A stretch of 64,000 nucleotides of DNA. It comes from Carcharhinus amblyrhynchos (lineage: Eukaryota). Shown one piece after another: positions 27,010-39,465 of the stretch. The DNA is taken from assembly GCA_965287045.1 (NCBI GenBank), contig OZ336874.1, forward strand, positions 61,008,001-61,072,000, written 5' to 3'. The position numbers and the translations under genes were made by a program. The notes beneath the pieces are model-generated. The model saw nothing but the letters and a program-made list of their open reading frames with translations, searched no databases and had not been told where the DNA came from. The stretch's first letter is position 1. Every line of letters starts with the position of its first letter.

Positions 27010-28748
27010 AACACACCTCGGGAGCACACGGAGCAAATGTGGAATACAATGAAAGTAGAAAGAAACTTAAGCAAGGAATAAGGAGGCTAAAATGGGTCAC
27101 GAGAAAACGTTGGCTGGCAGGATTAAGGAAAATCCCAAAGATTTTTGTACATATATAAAGAGCAAGAGTGTAGCCAGGGAGAGGGTTGGCCCACTCAAGG
27201 ACAAGAGAGGGAATCCATGCATGGAGCCAGAGGAAATGGGCGAGGTATTAAGTGAGTACTTTGCGTCAGTATTCACCAAAAAGAAGGACTTGGTAGATGA
27301 TGAGTCTAGGAAAGGGTGTGTAGATAATTTGAGAAACATTAAGGTAGACAGGGCCTGATGGGATATACCCCGGAATACTGAGAGAGGCAAGGGAGGAAAT
27401 TGCTGGGGCCTTGAGAGAAATTTTTGTATCCTCACTGGTTACAGGGGAGGTCAACATAGTAAGATGTCTCACAACACCAAGTTAAAGTCAAATAGTTTAT
27501 TTGGTAGCAAACACCACTAGCTTTTGGAACACTGCTCCTTCATCAAGTGAGTGGGAGTTCTGTTCACAGACAGTGCATATAAAGACATAAACTTAATTTA
27601 TGGAATAATGATTGGAATACAAGCCATTACAGTCTAATCAACTTAAAGGTACAAACAATGTGAGTGGAGAGAGTATTAAGCACAGGTTAAAGAGATGTGT
27701 ATTGTCTCCATGCAGGACAGTTAGTGAGATTTTGCAAGTTCAAGCAAGTTGTGGGGGTTACAGAGAGTGTGACATAAACTCAAGATCTGGTTGAGGCGGA
27801 ACTTGGCTATCAGTCTCTGCTCAGCGACTCTGCGCTGTTGTGAGTTGTGAAAGCCACCTTGGAGAACGCTTACCTGAAGATCTTCGGGTAATATAGGTAT
27901 GGATCAGTTGTAGACTTGGGCGGGGAAGTGGCAGATGGAGCTTAATCCGGACAAATGTGAAGTAATGCATTTTGGAGGGTTTAACTCAAATAGGAAATAT
28001 ACATTAAAGGCAGAACCCTTAAGAGTATTGATAGGCAAAGAGACTTGGGTGAACAGGCACACAGGTCACTGGAAGTGGCAACGCAGGTGGAGAAAGTAGT
28101 CAAGAAGGCATACGGCATACTTGCCTTCATCGGCCGGGGCATTGAGTTTAAAAATTGGCAAGAAATGTTGCAGCTTTATAGAACCTTAGTTAGGCCGCAC
28201 TTGGAATATAGTGTTCAATTCTGGTCACCACATTATTAGAAGGATGTGCAGGCTTTAGAGAGGATACAGAAAAGATTTACCAGGATGTTGCTTAGTATGG
28301 AGGGCATCAGCTATCAGGAAAGGTTGGAGAAACTTGGTTTTTTCTCGCTGGAATGACAGAGGTTAAGTAGTGACCTGATAGAAGTCTACAACATTGAGAG
28401 GCATGGACAGAGTGGATAGTCAGAAGCTTTTTCCCAGGGTGGAAAAGTCAATTACTAGGGTGCACAGGTTTAAAGTGTGAGGGGCAATGTTTAAAGGAGA
28501 TGTACGAGCCAGATTTTTTACACAGAGGGTGGTGGGTGCCTAAAACTCATTGCCAGGGGGAGGTAGTGAAAGCAGATGCAATAGTGATTTTTAAGGTGCA
28601 TCTTGACAAATATATGAATAGGATGGGAATAGAGGGATATGGTCCCCACAAGGGTAGGGGTTTTTGTTAAGTTGGGTAACATGGTTAACGCAGGCTTGAA
28701 GGGCCAAAGGCCCTGTTCCTACGCTCTAATTCTCTTTGTTCTTTGTTT
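27010..28748 (+). mobile_element. Degenerate CR1 LINE with (TTCTTTG)n tail, RT core missing
   Basis: Reads GHEKTLAGRIKENPK, EYFASVFT, KKAYGILAFIGRGIEFK, RPHLEYSVQFW. Confidence 0.9.
27452..27885 (-). mobile_element. Penelope-like 3' fragment (GIY-YIG C-terminus + terminal repeat)
   Basis: Minus strand reads DLQVSVLQGGFHNSQQRRVAEQRLIAKFR, then LNQDLEFMSH. The terminal region has a decayed hammerhead-like core. Confidence 0.75.
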
Positions 28749-31700
28749 TTTCTGCACATATGATATACTTGAGGTCCTTGGAAGAGACAAATAAAGCCCA
28801 TTTACCAGTGGAGATTTTTAAACCTTTGTGAACACAAATGGAGTGAAGCACATCCACACAGAATCCTTTTGCCTGTCTTCAAATGGCCTGGCTGAGTGAG
28901 CAGTCCAGGTATACAAAAACAACATGAAGAAACAAATGATGGGTTCTTTAGAAATGTAACTTACATGTTTCCTTTTCAATTATAGGCCAATACCGCACAT
29001 GACATGGGAGTAGCCCAGCAGAGCTATTAATGGGCTGATGCCTTTGGACCAGGCTTAGCCCCACTTTTCCAAATATGAGTGGCAAATTCAAAGAAAAATA
29101 AGAAGGACAGCAAAAAGGAGGAAAGATGGAGATAGACCTGATAGCACCTTTAAATTGGGAGTCATTGTCCAAATATAGAATTTTGGAGATGGCATCTAGT
29201 GGATCCCAGGAATTTTCCTCTCAAAGACAAGACCAGTATCATACACAGTAAAAACTGGTGAGAAATCTACAAAAAATATTTCATTCTTCAAATAGAACAT
29301 TTGTCAGTTGTGCAATGAGGTGATATCTTGTATAAGCATTTGTCATTTGGAATTTCTCAATAATCAGGAAGCTGGATAATTGAAGTGCAAGTAAATGACT
29401 CCACTGTAATATTTATTCTATCTACTGTGAAAGTAATTGTTTCACATCTGTTTTAACCTTTTCTGTATATATGTGAGAAATGGCAATAATAGGAATAGCA
29501 TATTAGATCAACTCCAACACTTCAATAGGTTCTTGTGAAGTAGATAATGTGATGGAAAAAATTTGATATAATTTGAAGACAAAAAGGTGCCAGGTGAAAA
29601 GTGGATGACTTCTGATCCCAAAAGCTGTTTGAAACCCATTGAGCATGAACTAGACCACTGCATAATCCAGACAAGATAATGAACAAGAGACAAATGGTCC
29701 CAAAAGAGCTCCCTCTGGGTATGCTAGGAACATGTTGTGAAGTAGATTTATTATCTTCACATATTCTGCAGTGACCTAAAAGAATTATTGGTAATACTTT
29801 AAAAAATAAAGTGCATGCATTGGTTGCCAAAATGCTTAACGTGAGTGAATATGGGAAACTTCAAAAAGACGTTGTTAAAATTGTGAAACAAAATGCTTCT
29901 AAAATGTAACAAATGTCACATTTCCTAGTGTTTCAGTATTTTTCTTTCAAAGACGTTGCACGCACAAGGTGTAATCCCAAAAGGTATGGTCAGTACTTTC
30001 TTAGACTAGTAATATCACAGTGTTTTCCATTTATGTACACCTGCAGTGATGTTTTAATTACCAGCCTGTTCAGGAGTCAGACCTCTGATGTTATCCTGAT
30101 CACAAGATAAGGCACAGCTTGCAGCTATAAAAGGCAATGTTCATTTGAAACATGTCTGGACCTTTTTTATGTGATAAATGATTGCATCATTATTGCAAAA
30201 GTAGACTTTGGGAATGTGCGGATGACCAATTACAGATGTTCAAGTAAATCAATCTTACAAGGCAAACAAATCAGAATGTGGGTATATTGAAGATTCATAT
30301 TTGAAATTAGCAATTTGACCAAACCACTAGCTTGGTGAAAGTTAGTTAAATCAAAATGTTTCATTCATTTTCTGTTCAAAATCTTTAAGTAGCTTGTAAT
30401 TAAAGTAGCTTTCAAAAGCTGCCAGTTTGACAGAAATATGTTTGAAGGAGTTATTTATTTTTAAAAGTTAAAACACAGTGCCATTTTCTGCCACTAGATG
30501 ATGCCAAATACGTTACAATTTTGGAACGTTTTAAGGAAGTGTACTAGAGATATCTAGTGGTAGTGCAATATTACTGCATGAACTTTGCTACAATTTTCCT
30601 AGCCTTCTTTAGGTTAAGTTCTACAAATGAGGCTTTGTAGACACTGGTGATCTATCCCTACCAGGTAAATGATTTCATTATGGAGATATAGGAAGGGGTC
30701 TGAGTCTGTGTCAGATGTTCTGCTCTGTCAAAACTTGTGCTGGCAAATTGAAAGTCAAAAAGATTTGTTCCTTTTGGTTCCTTCTATTTCTTTTTGTATA
30801 TCCTTAGCTGAGAATGTTAGTGCACTTCTTTCTTCATGAGGTGAGAGAAAGAAAATTGACAAGCAAGAGAAATATTTCCTTTATGACAACTAACTCAACT
30901 GTTTTATATACTGCAGGGAAAAATTTATGTAGGACTTTCATGATTTCTTCCTATAACATTGGCAAAACATTAGAAACTGCAGAAAATGAAATTACCTTTC
31001 AACCCCACTTTCCTCAAAATATCAATCTTCTGCTAAATTTATGAGGCTGAAATTTAAACTGACTAGATGATCTGATCATGACTGATTTCTGTCAGGCAGG
31101 TTAGGTGAAGATTCATTCATTCATGTGTGCTCTGCCTAAAGGAAAGTCCTTGGCTCATTTCTGCTAGTGCTTCATTATGAGCTGTTATTTTGTCAGTGGT
31201 CATTTGCTATTGCTTTCCACTCTCAGGGTAGGATAAGGAGGCAGACCCCAAAGATTATCTCAGCCAGGAAAGGAATCACGCACCCCTTTGGTGCTATTCC
31301 TAACCCTAATGCTATCCATCTGCAACCGAGCTAACTGGTCCATGCTGTGTCCTGTGATGGTAAGCTTTGAGCTCAATTTCTTTATTCCTGTCAATTTTTA
31401 GATCTGATTATCATTTGCCTTTCAGCAATGGGAACTAACTTCTCTAATGTATCTTGCTATATGCAAGGGCTCATTTCATAGCTTCAACTTCTCAGTTTCC
31501 CGCAGGAGCTAGTTAGGACCAAAGCGGCATCCTTTTACAAGCTCCTCCAAAGCCTTGAGTTCTGCTTACTATGTCCTTTCCTGCAACTGTGGAGGTTACA
31601 CACAGATTCTCTTAGAGCAAACCTTATCTAATTTTAATTTGCAGGGGAAATCAGACATCCATAATATTTTACAGATATTCAGATCAAATGTCCCAGCACT

Positions 31701-32076
31701 TAGAACATCTTTATATATGAGCAATTTTGGACTAGGATTGGTTTAAGCAAAGTTGAATTTATTTTGTGTTATGATCACATCATATGCCTATAAAGCTTAC
31801 TCAGAGATAGACACTTCATTTTTTGAGATCAACTTAGCATATGGACACTAGAGGGTGAGATGACATTTTTGTGATTTTTGTTTGCACAGAGACAGACATA
31901 TCTGTGAATATATATCTGGAAAGTAACTTAAAATGCAAATTGCCTTCCCGGATGCTGATTGGCTACCCTCACCATTTCAGTGGAATAAACTTAAAACCAG
32001 ATTCATTGGCCCCATGAAAATGGAATTTCAGTTAAAGACATTTCTGGAGACTAATCACAGCTGGAATGTTGATGTT

Positions 32077-32365
32077 AGTTTATTAGTGTCACAAGTAGGC
32101 TTACATTAACACTGCAATGAAGTTACTGTGAAAATCTCCAAGTCGCCACACTCCTGTGCCTGTTCAGGTATGCTGCGGGAGAATTTAGCATGGCCAGTGC
32201 ACAAAACCAGCTGTCTTTCGGACTGTGGGAGGAAGCCAGAGCACCCAAAGAAAACCCACGCAGACATGGGGAGAACTTGCAAACTCCGCACAGACAGGCA
32301 CTTAAGCTGGGATTCCAACCTGGCGAAGTGAGGCAGCAGTGCTAACCATTGTGCCACCATGCTGC
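32077..32365 (-). mobile_element. Full V-SINE with non-CR1 tail
   Basis: Head tggcacaatggttagcactgctgcctc, V-domain, and tail gtaacttcattgcagtgttaatgtaagcctacttgtgacactaataaac. Confidence 0.9.
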
Positions 32366-32790
32366 ATGGGATGGGATATTATTCATTCCCCATTGTGTGC
32401 CATCAACCCATTATGTGGACAATGAAATATGTTGATAATGACATCACGTGAACTGAAACTGGCTGGTGATGGTAAATACCTTTCAATCTACCGGGACAGC
32501 CCAGTAGCTCAGTCTGGGATATAAAGTTTAGTAAAGAAAGCCATCTCATACCCAGCTGAAGGGATGACCCTGCCTCAAAAGTCAATTAGTCAGAGAATTG
32601 GGGCTTCTTGATTTTACCTGCTGAAAAGCCAGAAATCTTCAACTTTTTTTAATCTCTGTGAACCAAGAGTGAATCCTTCAGGCCTGCAATATTTAAAGCA
32701 CAATCTCAAAGTTTGTGTAAAAAGTGACCTATTTCTTTTTTTAGCCCTTCATGTAATTTATGCATATATTACAGCTTTAGAAATCATTTT

Positions 32791-33133
32791 TCATAGAATC
32801 CTACAATGCAGCAAGAGGTCCTTCGGCCCATCGAGTCTGCACCGAACACAATCCCACCCAGTCCCTACCCCCATATCCCTACATAATATACCCACTAATT
32901 CTTCTAACCTATGCATCCCTGGACTCTAAGGGGCAATTTCTTAGCATAGCCAATCAACCTAACCCGCACATCATTGGACTATGGAAGGAAACCGGAGTAC
33001 CCAGAGGAAACCCATGCAGACACAAGGAGAATGTGCAAACTCCACACAGACAGTGACCCGAGCCAGGAATCAAACCCAAGACCCTGGAGCTGTGAGGCAG
33101 CAGTGCTAACCATTGTGCTACCGTGCCACCCTC
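32791..33133 (-). mobile_element. Full HE1-like V-SINE with CR1 tail
   Basis: tRNA-like head with B box ggtttgattcc, V-domain, and tail gtaggattctatga. Confidence 0.92.
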
Positions 33134-33889
33134 GGCATGTGTATGTATCTGTGTATTCGAGGAGTGAGTGTTGTGTTTACATTTCAGGTGATGTGAACAA
33201 GAAACATTTAGCCTTTCTTTTGATGTAAGCATGTTTCTTGTCTGATCGTTAAGGTTGCAGCCCAAAAAGGTGAAAAAACACTCCTCAGTCAGCTGAGGGA
33301 TGAGAAAAAGGGGAAGGTCGTCCCACATATCTCTTCATTCATAACATTAGTAAAATGCTAGATAAGTTACACAGCAGCTAATTAAAGCAATAACAAAGTA
33401 TTTCAATAAAATGCTTTGTGGATGGAAAAAATAAAGCAGGTCACTTCTTTACATAGTTTCTGTGGGCGGGAACCTGATCAAGGTTAGCAGGTCAGATGAA
33501 TCCAATTGTTTTGAAGCCTGTCAGCAATCCTGATTTTTGGCTGTTGACCCATTCAGTGGGGTATCAGGATTCCTGTGAGCTGTCTCTCAAGGCTGGAGAA
33601 TCCAGCCCTACATGTTTCAATGAAATTATATATTTTTCCTTTGAGTTTTAGAGAATAAAGGCCTAAGCTACTCTATCTTACCTCATAGGATAAGCCTTAT
33701 CCCGGTAATGATTCAAGTGAACCTTTATCGCACTTTTACTAAGACAAGTAAATCCTTTCTTAGGTGAGGAGAACAAACCTAATGTAAACATAATATTCCA
33801 CTTGTGATCCTACTAAGGCTCTGTATAATTGTAGTAAGAAATATTTTCTCTTTTATGTGATACAGCCCTTACACAGATAATTGTGAGGT

Positions 33890-35230
33890 GCATTTTGACA
33901 GGAAGAATAGGAGGATCAGTTATTACTTAGAAGGTGCAAGTTTAACTGGGATAGAAAGACAAATGTATCTTGGAATACAATATACCAATCACTAAAAGTT
34001 GTGTTGCAGGTTAGCCAGAAAAAAAACAAACCAAGCACTAGAATCTATTTCTAAAGAGATAGAATTGAACATGGGAAATTATGCTAAACCTCTCCTGAAC
34101 TTTGGTTAGATCATCCTTATAGAGTATTCCATGCAGTTATAGAACATAGAACACTACAGCACAAACAGGCCCTTCGGCCCACAAGTTGCGCCAATCACAT
34201 CAACACCTACCAATCTATAGACCTATCTATAACCCCCAAACCCATTAAACCCCATATACTCATCCAGAAGTCTTTTAAAAGACCCCAGCGAGTTCGCCTC
34301 CACCACCACTGACGGCAGCCGATTCCATTCACTCACCATCCTCTGAGTGAAAAACTTACCCCTAACATCACTTCTGTACTTTCCTCCCCGCACCTTAAAT
34401 CTGTGTCCTCTCGTAGCGACCATTTCAACCCGGGGAAATAGCCTCTGAGAATCCACCCTGCCTATTCCTCTCAACATTTTATAAACTTCTATGAGGTCGC
34501 CTCTCAACCTTCGTCTCTCCAGGGAAAAGAGTCCCAGCTCCCTCAACCTAACTTCATAAGGCATGCCTCCCAGTCCAGGCAACATCCTTGTAAATCTCCT
34601 CTGTACCCTTTCAATAGCTTCTATGTCTTTCCTATAGTGAGGCGACCAGAACTGCGCACAGTACTCCAAATGAGGCCTGACAAGGGTCTTATAAAGTTGC
34701 AGCATTACCTCCCGATTCCTAAACTCAATCCCTCGATTAATGAAGGCCAGTACACCATACGCCTTCTTGACCACATCCTCCACCTGCGAGGCCGATTTAA
34801 GAGTCCTGTGGACCCGGACCCCAAGATCCTTCTGCTCTTCAACACTGCTAAGACTCCTGCCCTTGATAGTGTACTCGTTCCTCCCGTTGGTTCTGCCAAA
34901 ATGGACGACTACACATTTATCCGCGTTGAAGTCCATCTGCCATTTCTCTGCCCAGTCCTGCATCCTATTTATGTCCTGCTGCAACTTTTGACATCCTTCC
35001 AGACCATCCACAACACCACCGACCTTCGTGTCATCAGCGAACTTACTTACAGTTATTGTCATAATATTATAGAAAAGTGAAGAGGAACTGGAAACAGTGC
35101 AGAAAAGATTTACAAGGGTAACAACGGAAATACATGAGTGTAGATATTGGGTAAGGATTGACAGGTTGGGTCTCTAATAATACAGTAGAGGTCTTTAAAA
35201 TTATGAAAGATGTTGATAGAGTATACAGGG
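33890..35230 (+). mobile_element. Old CR1 RT fragment split by the young insertion at 34141-35049
   Basis: Reads CEVHF, ISKEIE, LVR, and after the insert LETVQKRFTR. Confidence 0.7.
34141..35049 (-). mobile_element. Young 5'-truncated family-A CR1, TSD CAGTTAT
   Basis: Translation differs from 19390-20213 at only a few residues. CAGTTAT occurs at 34134-34140 and 35050-35056. Confidence 0.95.
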
Positions 35231-35509
35231 ACAACACTCAAGCCTGCAAGGTTTCAACCATCATCTTAAGGATTGCTTAAAGAAGTAACCTTTTTTTAAA
35301 ATCCTTCAATTAATTTAAATTCATGTTGCATTTTATAAGTTATCATTTCTTGTGTGGGCACGCACATGTGTATCTATGTATTTGAGAACTGAGTGTTATT
35401 GCGTTTACATTTCAGGTGCTGTGAATAAGAAATATTTATGCTTTCTTTTGATTTCAACTTACAAACTCTGTTTTTTATCTATTCTTTGACTTATTCATTG
35501 CTAAACTCT

Positions 35510-35690
35510 ATTTCTGTCAACTAAATAAATACATGCTAATATTAAAGCTCCAATTCCATGAGCTCTGATTTTGTGCAATAATTTCTCGTGCAACAGCTTA
35601 TGGAAGACTTCTTGAAAATCCAAGTAAACTATACTCACTGGTTTCCCCATATCTACCAAATAGTTACAACCACAATAAAGCTTAGAATTT
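35510..35690 (-). mobile_element. Old CR1 RT fragment
   Basis: Reads VDMGKPVSIVYLDFQEVFHKLLHEKLLHKIRAHGI. Confidence 0.8.
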
Positions 35691-36879
35691 TCAACTATGG
35701 AGAATGGTAAAAAAGTAGTAAAAAGTTGTAACATCATTTGCTGCCAGTATCTCTGCTACACTACTTTATCTGCCATGTCAAAGCATCACTAGTTTGCATA
35801 ATGATCTGTGCATTCAATCTACACCCATCACTTAATAAATGCAATTAAATGATTGTTAATGAATCCTCATTATAGTAAATACTCTTTTCTGCTGGGAAAA
35901 TAAATATTCTATCAAATACTGTTCTCAGAAGTTAGCTAGAAGCTATTATTTCACAAAAACAGAGACATAGAGCTAATGGTCACAATGGTAGTGGATTCAG
36001 ATGTTTCAGACAATTCAGAATGGGCACATAAAATCTAACATTGCTGACCACTGTCAAATTCAAATTCAGAACAACTTGAAGAGTATCATATCCAACATGC
36101 AACAGTCCTGAAATTGAAGTGGTGATCCTCAGAATGTCAAGATGTAATATTTGCAATATATAAATGCATACACTAACAATGATTTATGATTAGAGAGCAG
36201 AAAACTCTCCTGTTATCCTGGTCAATATTTATCCTTCAAAGAAGATCATTAAAAACGCAGAATAGTTGGTCATTATCATATTCTGTTCAAGAACGTTTGT
36301 TCTATGCAATTTAGTTGCTGGATTTTCTGCATTGTAACAGCTGCTATACTTCAAAAGCACTTAGTTGGCTGAATTCTGAGATAGTAAATGGTACCACAAC
36401 GCACATTTTTTATGTTGTCCTATTAGCATTTCATGAAATATACCTCGCTAATAAACTGTTAAAAGACTTCGCTGCACAAAGCAATAATTAGTCGAAGGCA
36501 GTATAATTGGAATACGATTTCATTCATAAATATCATTATTCGATTAAAAACAATGGGCATAATTTTATTTTTTTTCAACTGTGTGTCAACTCAGGCAATG
36601 CAAGTGGTGTGTTGCACGCTAGTTGCATTGCTGGCTTTTCCTACCATATGTTTTGACATTCAAAACAAATCCCGAAAGTGGGTCCACCTTGTCAGACTAA
36701 ACCCAGAATGTGGGTCACATGATATCACACCACTCACTGTATCATGACTGTAAATAACCAAGATTTTTTCCTCACCATCTTTGGGTATGCTCTGGCCTAC
36801 TGAAAGGACAGACTCATCAGAGCTGGTGGCACAATGGCACACAGTGAGCTGGAAGTGACCCTGGGAATCTTCAACATTG

Positions 36880-37600
36880 ACCATGAATACCATGAGATTG
36901 TAAGGCTGGCTGCCACTGTTAAGCCAAGTGGCAGTCCTTCTCCATCAGGCATCTCCTATTGTTGGATGCTTCAAGGTGAAGTTGCAATGGCTGACCTGGT
37001 GATTGTTCTTAGGCATCTGAAAGTAACAATACAAGGTGAAAGCTGCAAGAGAGAAGTTGGGTAGGGTGGAAAGCAAGAGGTCCAGAATCACACCATCAGC
37101 AGTGTGCACTACAAGCCACATAGCAGGATGAAGATGAAGTAGGATTTGAAAGGATGCCAATGACAGGAATGCATAGTCATTCTAGATGTTCTCAGCAATA
37201 CTAGGTTTGGGCCTTTAGCTCTTTTGGTCTCCTGGATGAAGGCCTTCAGTATTGCATCAGAGAGTGTGGGAGCACTCTCTTTAGCCTGTTGCTCACTTGT
37301 TAGGTTTTTTTCCCTTCCCTCAAAGACTTTCACAAACAGTTCCACTTGCTATTGTCTCCTGAAAATGTTCCCTTTAAGATGGACAGGTTATCTTTAAGAA
37401 GTAAAAGCTAGCTAACATTTGCATTAACCACACCCACATCTAGGTACTGAATTTTGTAATAGTCTGCATGCCACAACAAGATGTCCAAGCAGCATGAAAT
37501 ATGCATTATGCCTGTCTTATCTGAACTGGGTGTGGCATAAATATGCATCATGATTCCCATATCTTTTAATGGGTCGAATTGAGTTTTCAGTTCAAAATGT
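36880..37600 (-). mobile_element. Probable Harbinger Myb/SANT-like remnant
   Basis: SAPTLSDAILKAFIQE resembles the APRFSD..L..L start also seen near 11380. Confidence 0.4.
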
Positions 37601-37914
37601 GTAAAAAGAATTTTCAACAAAAATGGAACAAATCTTCTGGCCGTTCACACCCATCGCCACTGCAAGCAAGATCAGAGAATTTGACAGTCAGTTTGGGTGC
37701 TCATTCAGAGAGCCAATGCAGGCACAATGGGGCAAATAGCCTCCTTCTTCGCTGAAACTATTCTGTGAGTTTGTGACGGGGAAATTGCAGGTGGTGGTGT
37801 TCCTAAGCATCAGCTCCTCTTGATCTTCTGGCAGGTAGAGTTTATAGTTTAGAAGGTACTATTGAGGAAGCCTTGATGAGTTGTTACAGTATACCTTGTA
37901 GATGGTACACTGTG

Positions 37915-38450
37915 CTGCGCAAGGATATTTTGGCCCTGGAGGGAGTGCAGAGGAGGTTTACTAGGCTGATACCGGAGTTGAGGGGATTGAGCTATGAGGA
38001 GAGGCTGAATAAACTAGGCTTGTACTCGTTAGAGTTTAGAAGAATGAGGGGAGATCTCATTGAGACGTATAAGATGATGAATGGGATGGATAGGGTAGAG
38101 GTGGAGAGACTCTTCCCGCTCAAAAAAGACAGTAGGACTAGGGGGCACAGCCTCAAGATAAAGGGGGGGCGGTTTAGAACGGAGTTGAGGAGGAACTTCT
38201 TCACTCAAAGGGTGGTGAATCTCTGGAATTCTCTGCCCGTTGAAGTGGTGGAGGCTGCCTCGCTAAATATTTTTAAGAAGCGGGTTGATGGGTTCTTGAT
38301 AAGAGAGGGGATTAAGGGTTATGGGGAGAGGGCGGGAAAGTGGAACTGAGCCACAACAGATCAGCCATGATCTTATTGAATGGCGGGGCAGGCTCGAAGG
38401 GCTAGATGGCCTACTCCTGCTCCTATTTCTTATGTTCTTATGTTCTTATG
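37915..38450 (+). mobile_element. Young 5'-truncated family-B CR1
   Basis: Open frame LRKDILALEGVQRRFTRLIP...GYGERAGKWN* followed by an (TTCTTATG)3 tail. Confidence 0.95.
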
Positions 38451-38685
38451 AATGAATATTTAAGGTGGAGAATGAGGTGCCAGTCAAGCACGGTTTTTTG
38501 TTCTGGATGGCATCAATGTTTTTGAGTGTTGTTGGAGCTCAACTCATCCAGGCAAGTGGAGACTATTCCATTACACTCCTAACTTGTGCCTTTTAGATGC
38601 TGGATTGGTTTTGGGGAATAAGAAGTTGAGCTACTCATTGCAGAATTCCCAGCCTATAACTTTCTCGTCTAGCCACGAGATCTAT

Positions 38686-39040
38686 TTAGAATCATAGAAA
38701 GAATCATAGAATTCTTACAGTGTAGAAGGAGACCATTCAGCCCATTGGGTCTGCACCAACTCTCCAATAGAGCATCCTACCCAGGCCCTATCTACCTAAC
38801 CTCATGTATTTATCCCATTAATCCCCCTAACCTATTCATTCTGGGACACTAAGGGCAATTTAGCATAGCCAATCCACCTAACCTACATATCATTGGAGTG
38901 TGAGAGGAAACTGGAGCACCCGAAGGAAACCCATGCAGACACGGGGAGCACATGCAAACTCCACACAAAGACATACCGAAGGCTAGAATTGAACCTGGGT
39001 CCCTTGCACTGTGAGACAGCAGTGCTTATCACTGCGCTAT
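38686..39040 (-). mobile_element. HE1-like V-SINE with CR1 tail
   Basis: Head, V-domain and (GATTCTAT)n-type tail. Confidence 0.9.
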
Positions 39041-39349
39041 GTCTGGTCCAGTTCAGTTTCTGATCAATAGTAACACCTCAGGATAATAATAGTGGGAGAT
39101 TAAGTGAGAAGCAATTTAATGTCAAGGTGAAATGGATAGAATCTCTCTTTTTGCATATGGTCAGCGCCTGCCACTTGTGTAGTGCAAATATTACTTACCA
39201 TTTAACAGCTCAAGCCTGAATGTTGTCCAGGTCTTGCTGCCAATGAGCATGGACTGCTTCAGTATTCGAGGAGTAGCGAATGGTGCTGAACGTTGTTCAA
39301 TCATCAGCGAACATCCTCACTTCTCATCTTATGATCAAGGTAAAGTGAA

Positions 39350-39465
39350 CAGAATATGAACAAATGGGAAATAGAGGGATACAGGTGGTTGGTCTAGATA
39401 AGGTAACATGGTTGGCACAGGCTTGGAGGGCTGAAGGACCTGTGCTGTACTGTTCTTTGTTCTTT
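39350..39465 (+). mobile_element. CR1 3' tail fragment
   Basis: Similar to 28610-28745. Ends tgttctttgttcttt. Confidence 0.8.
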
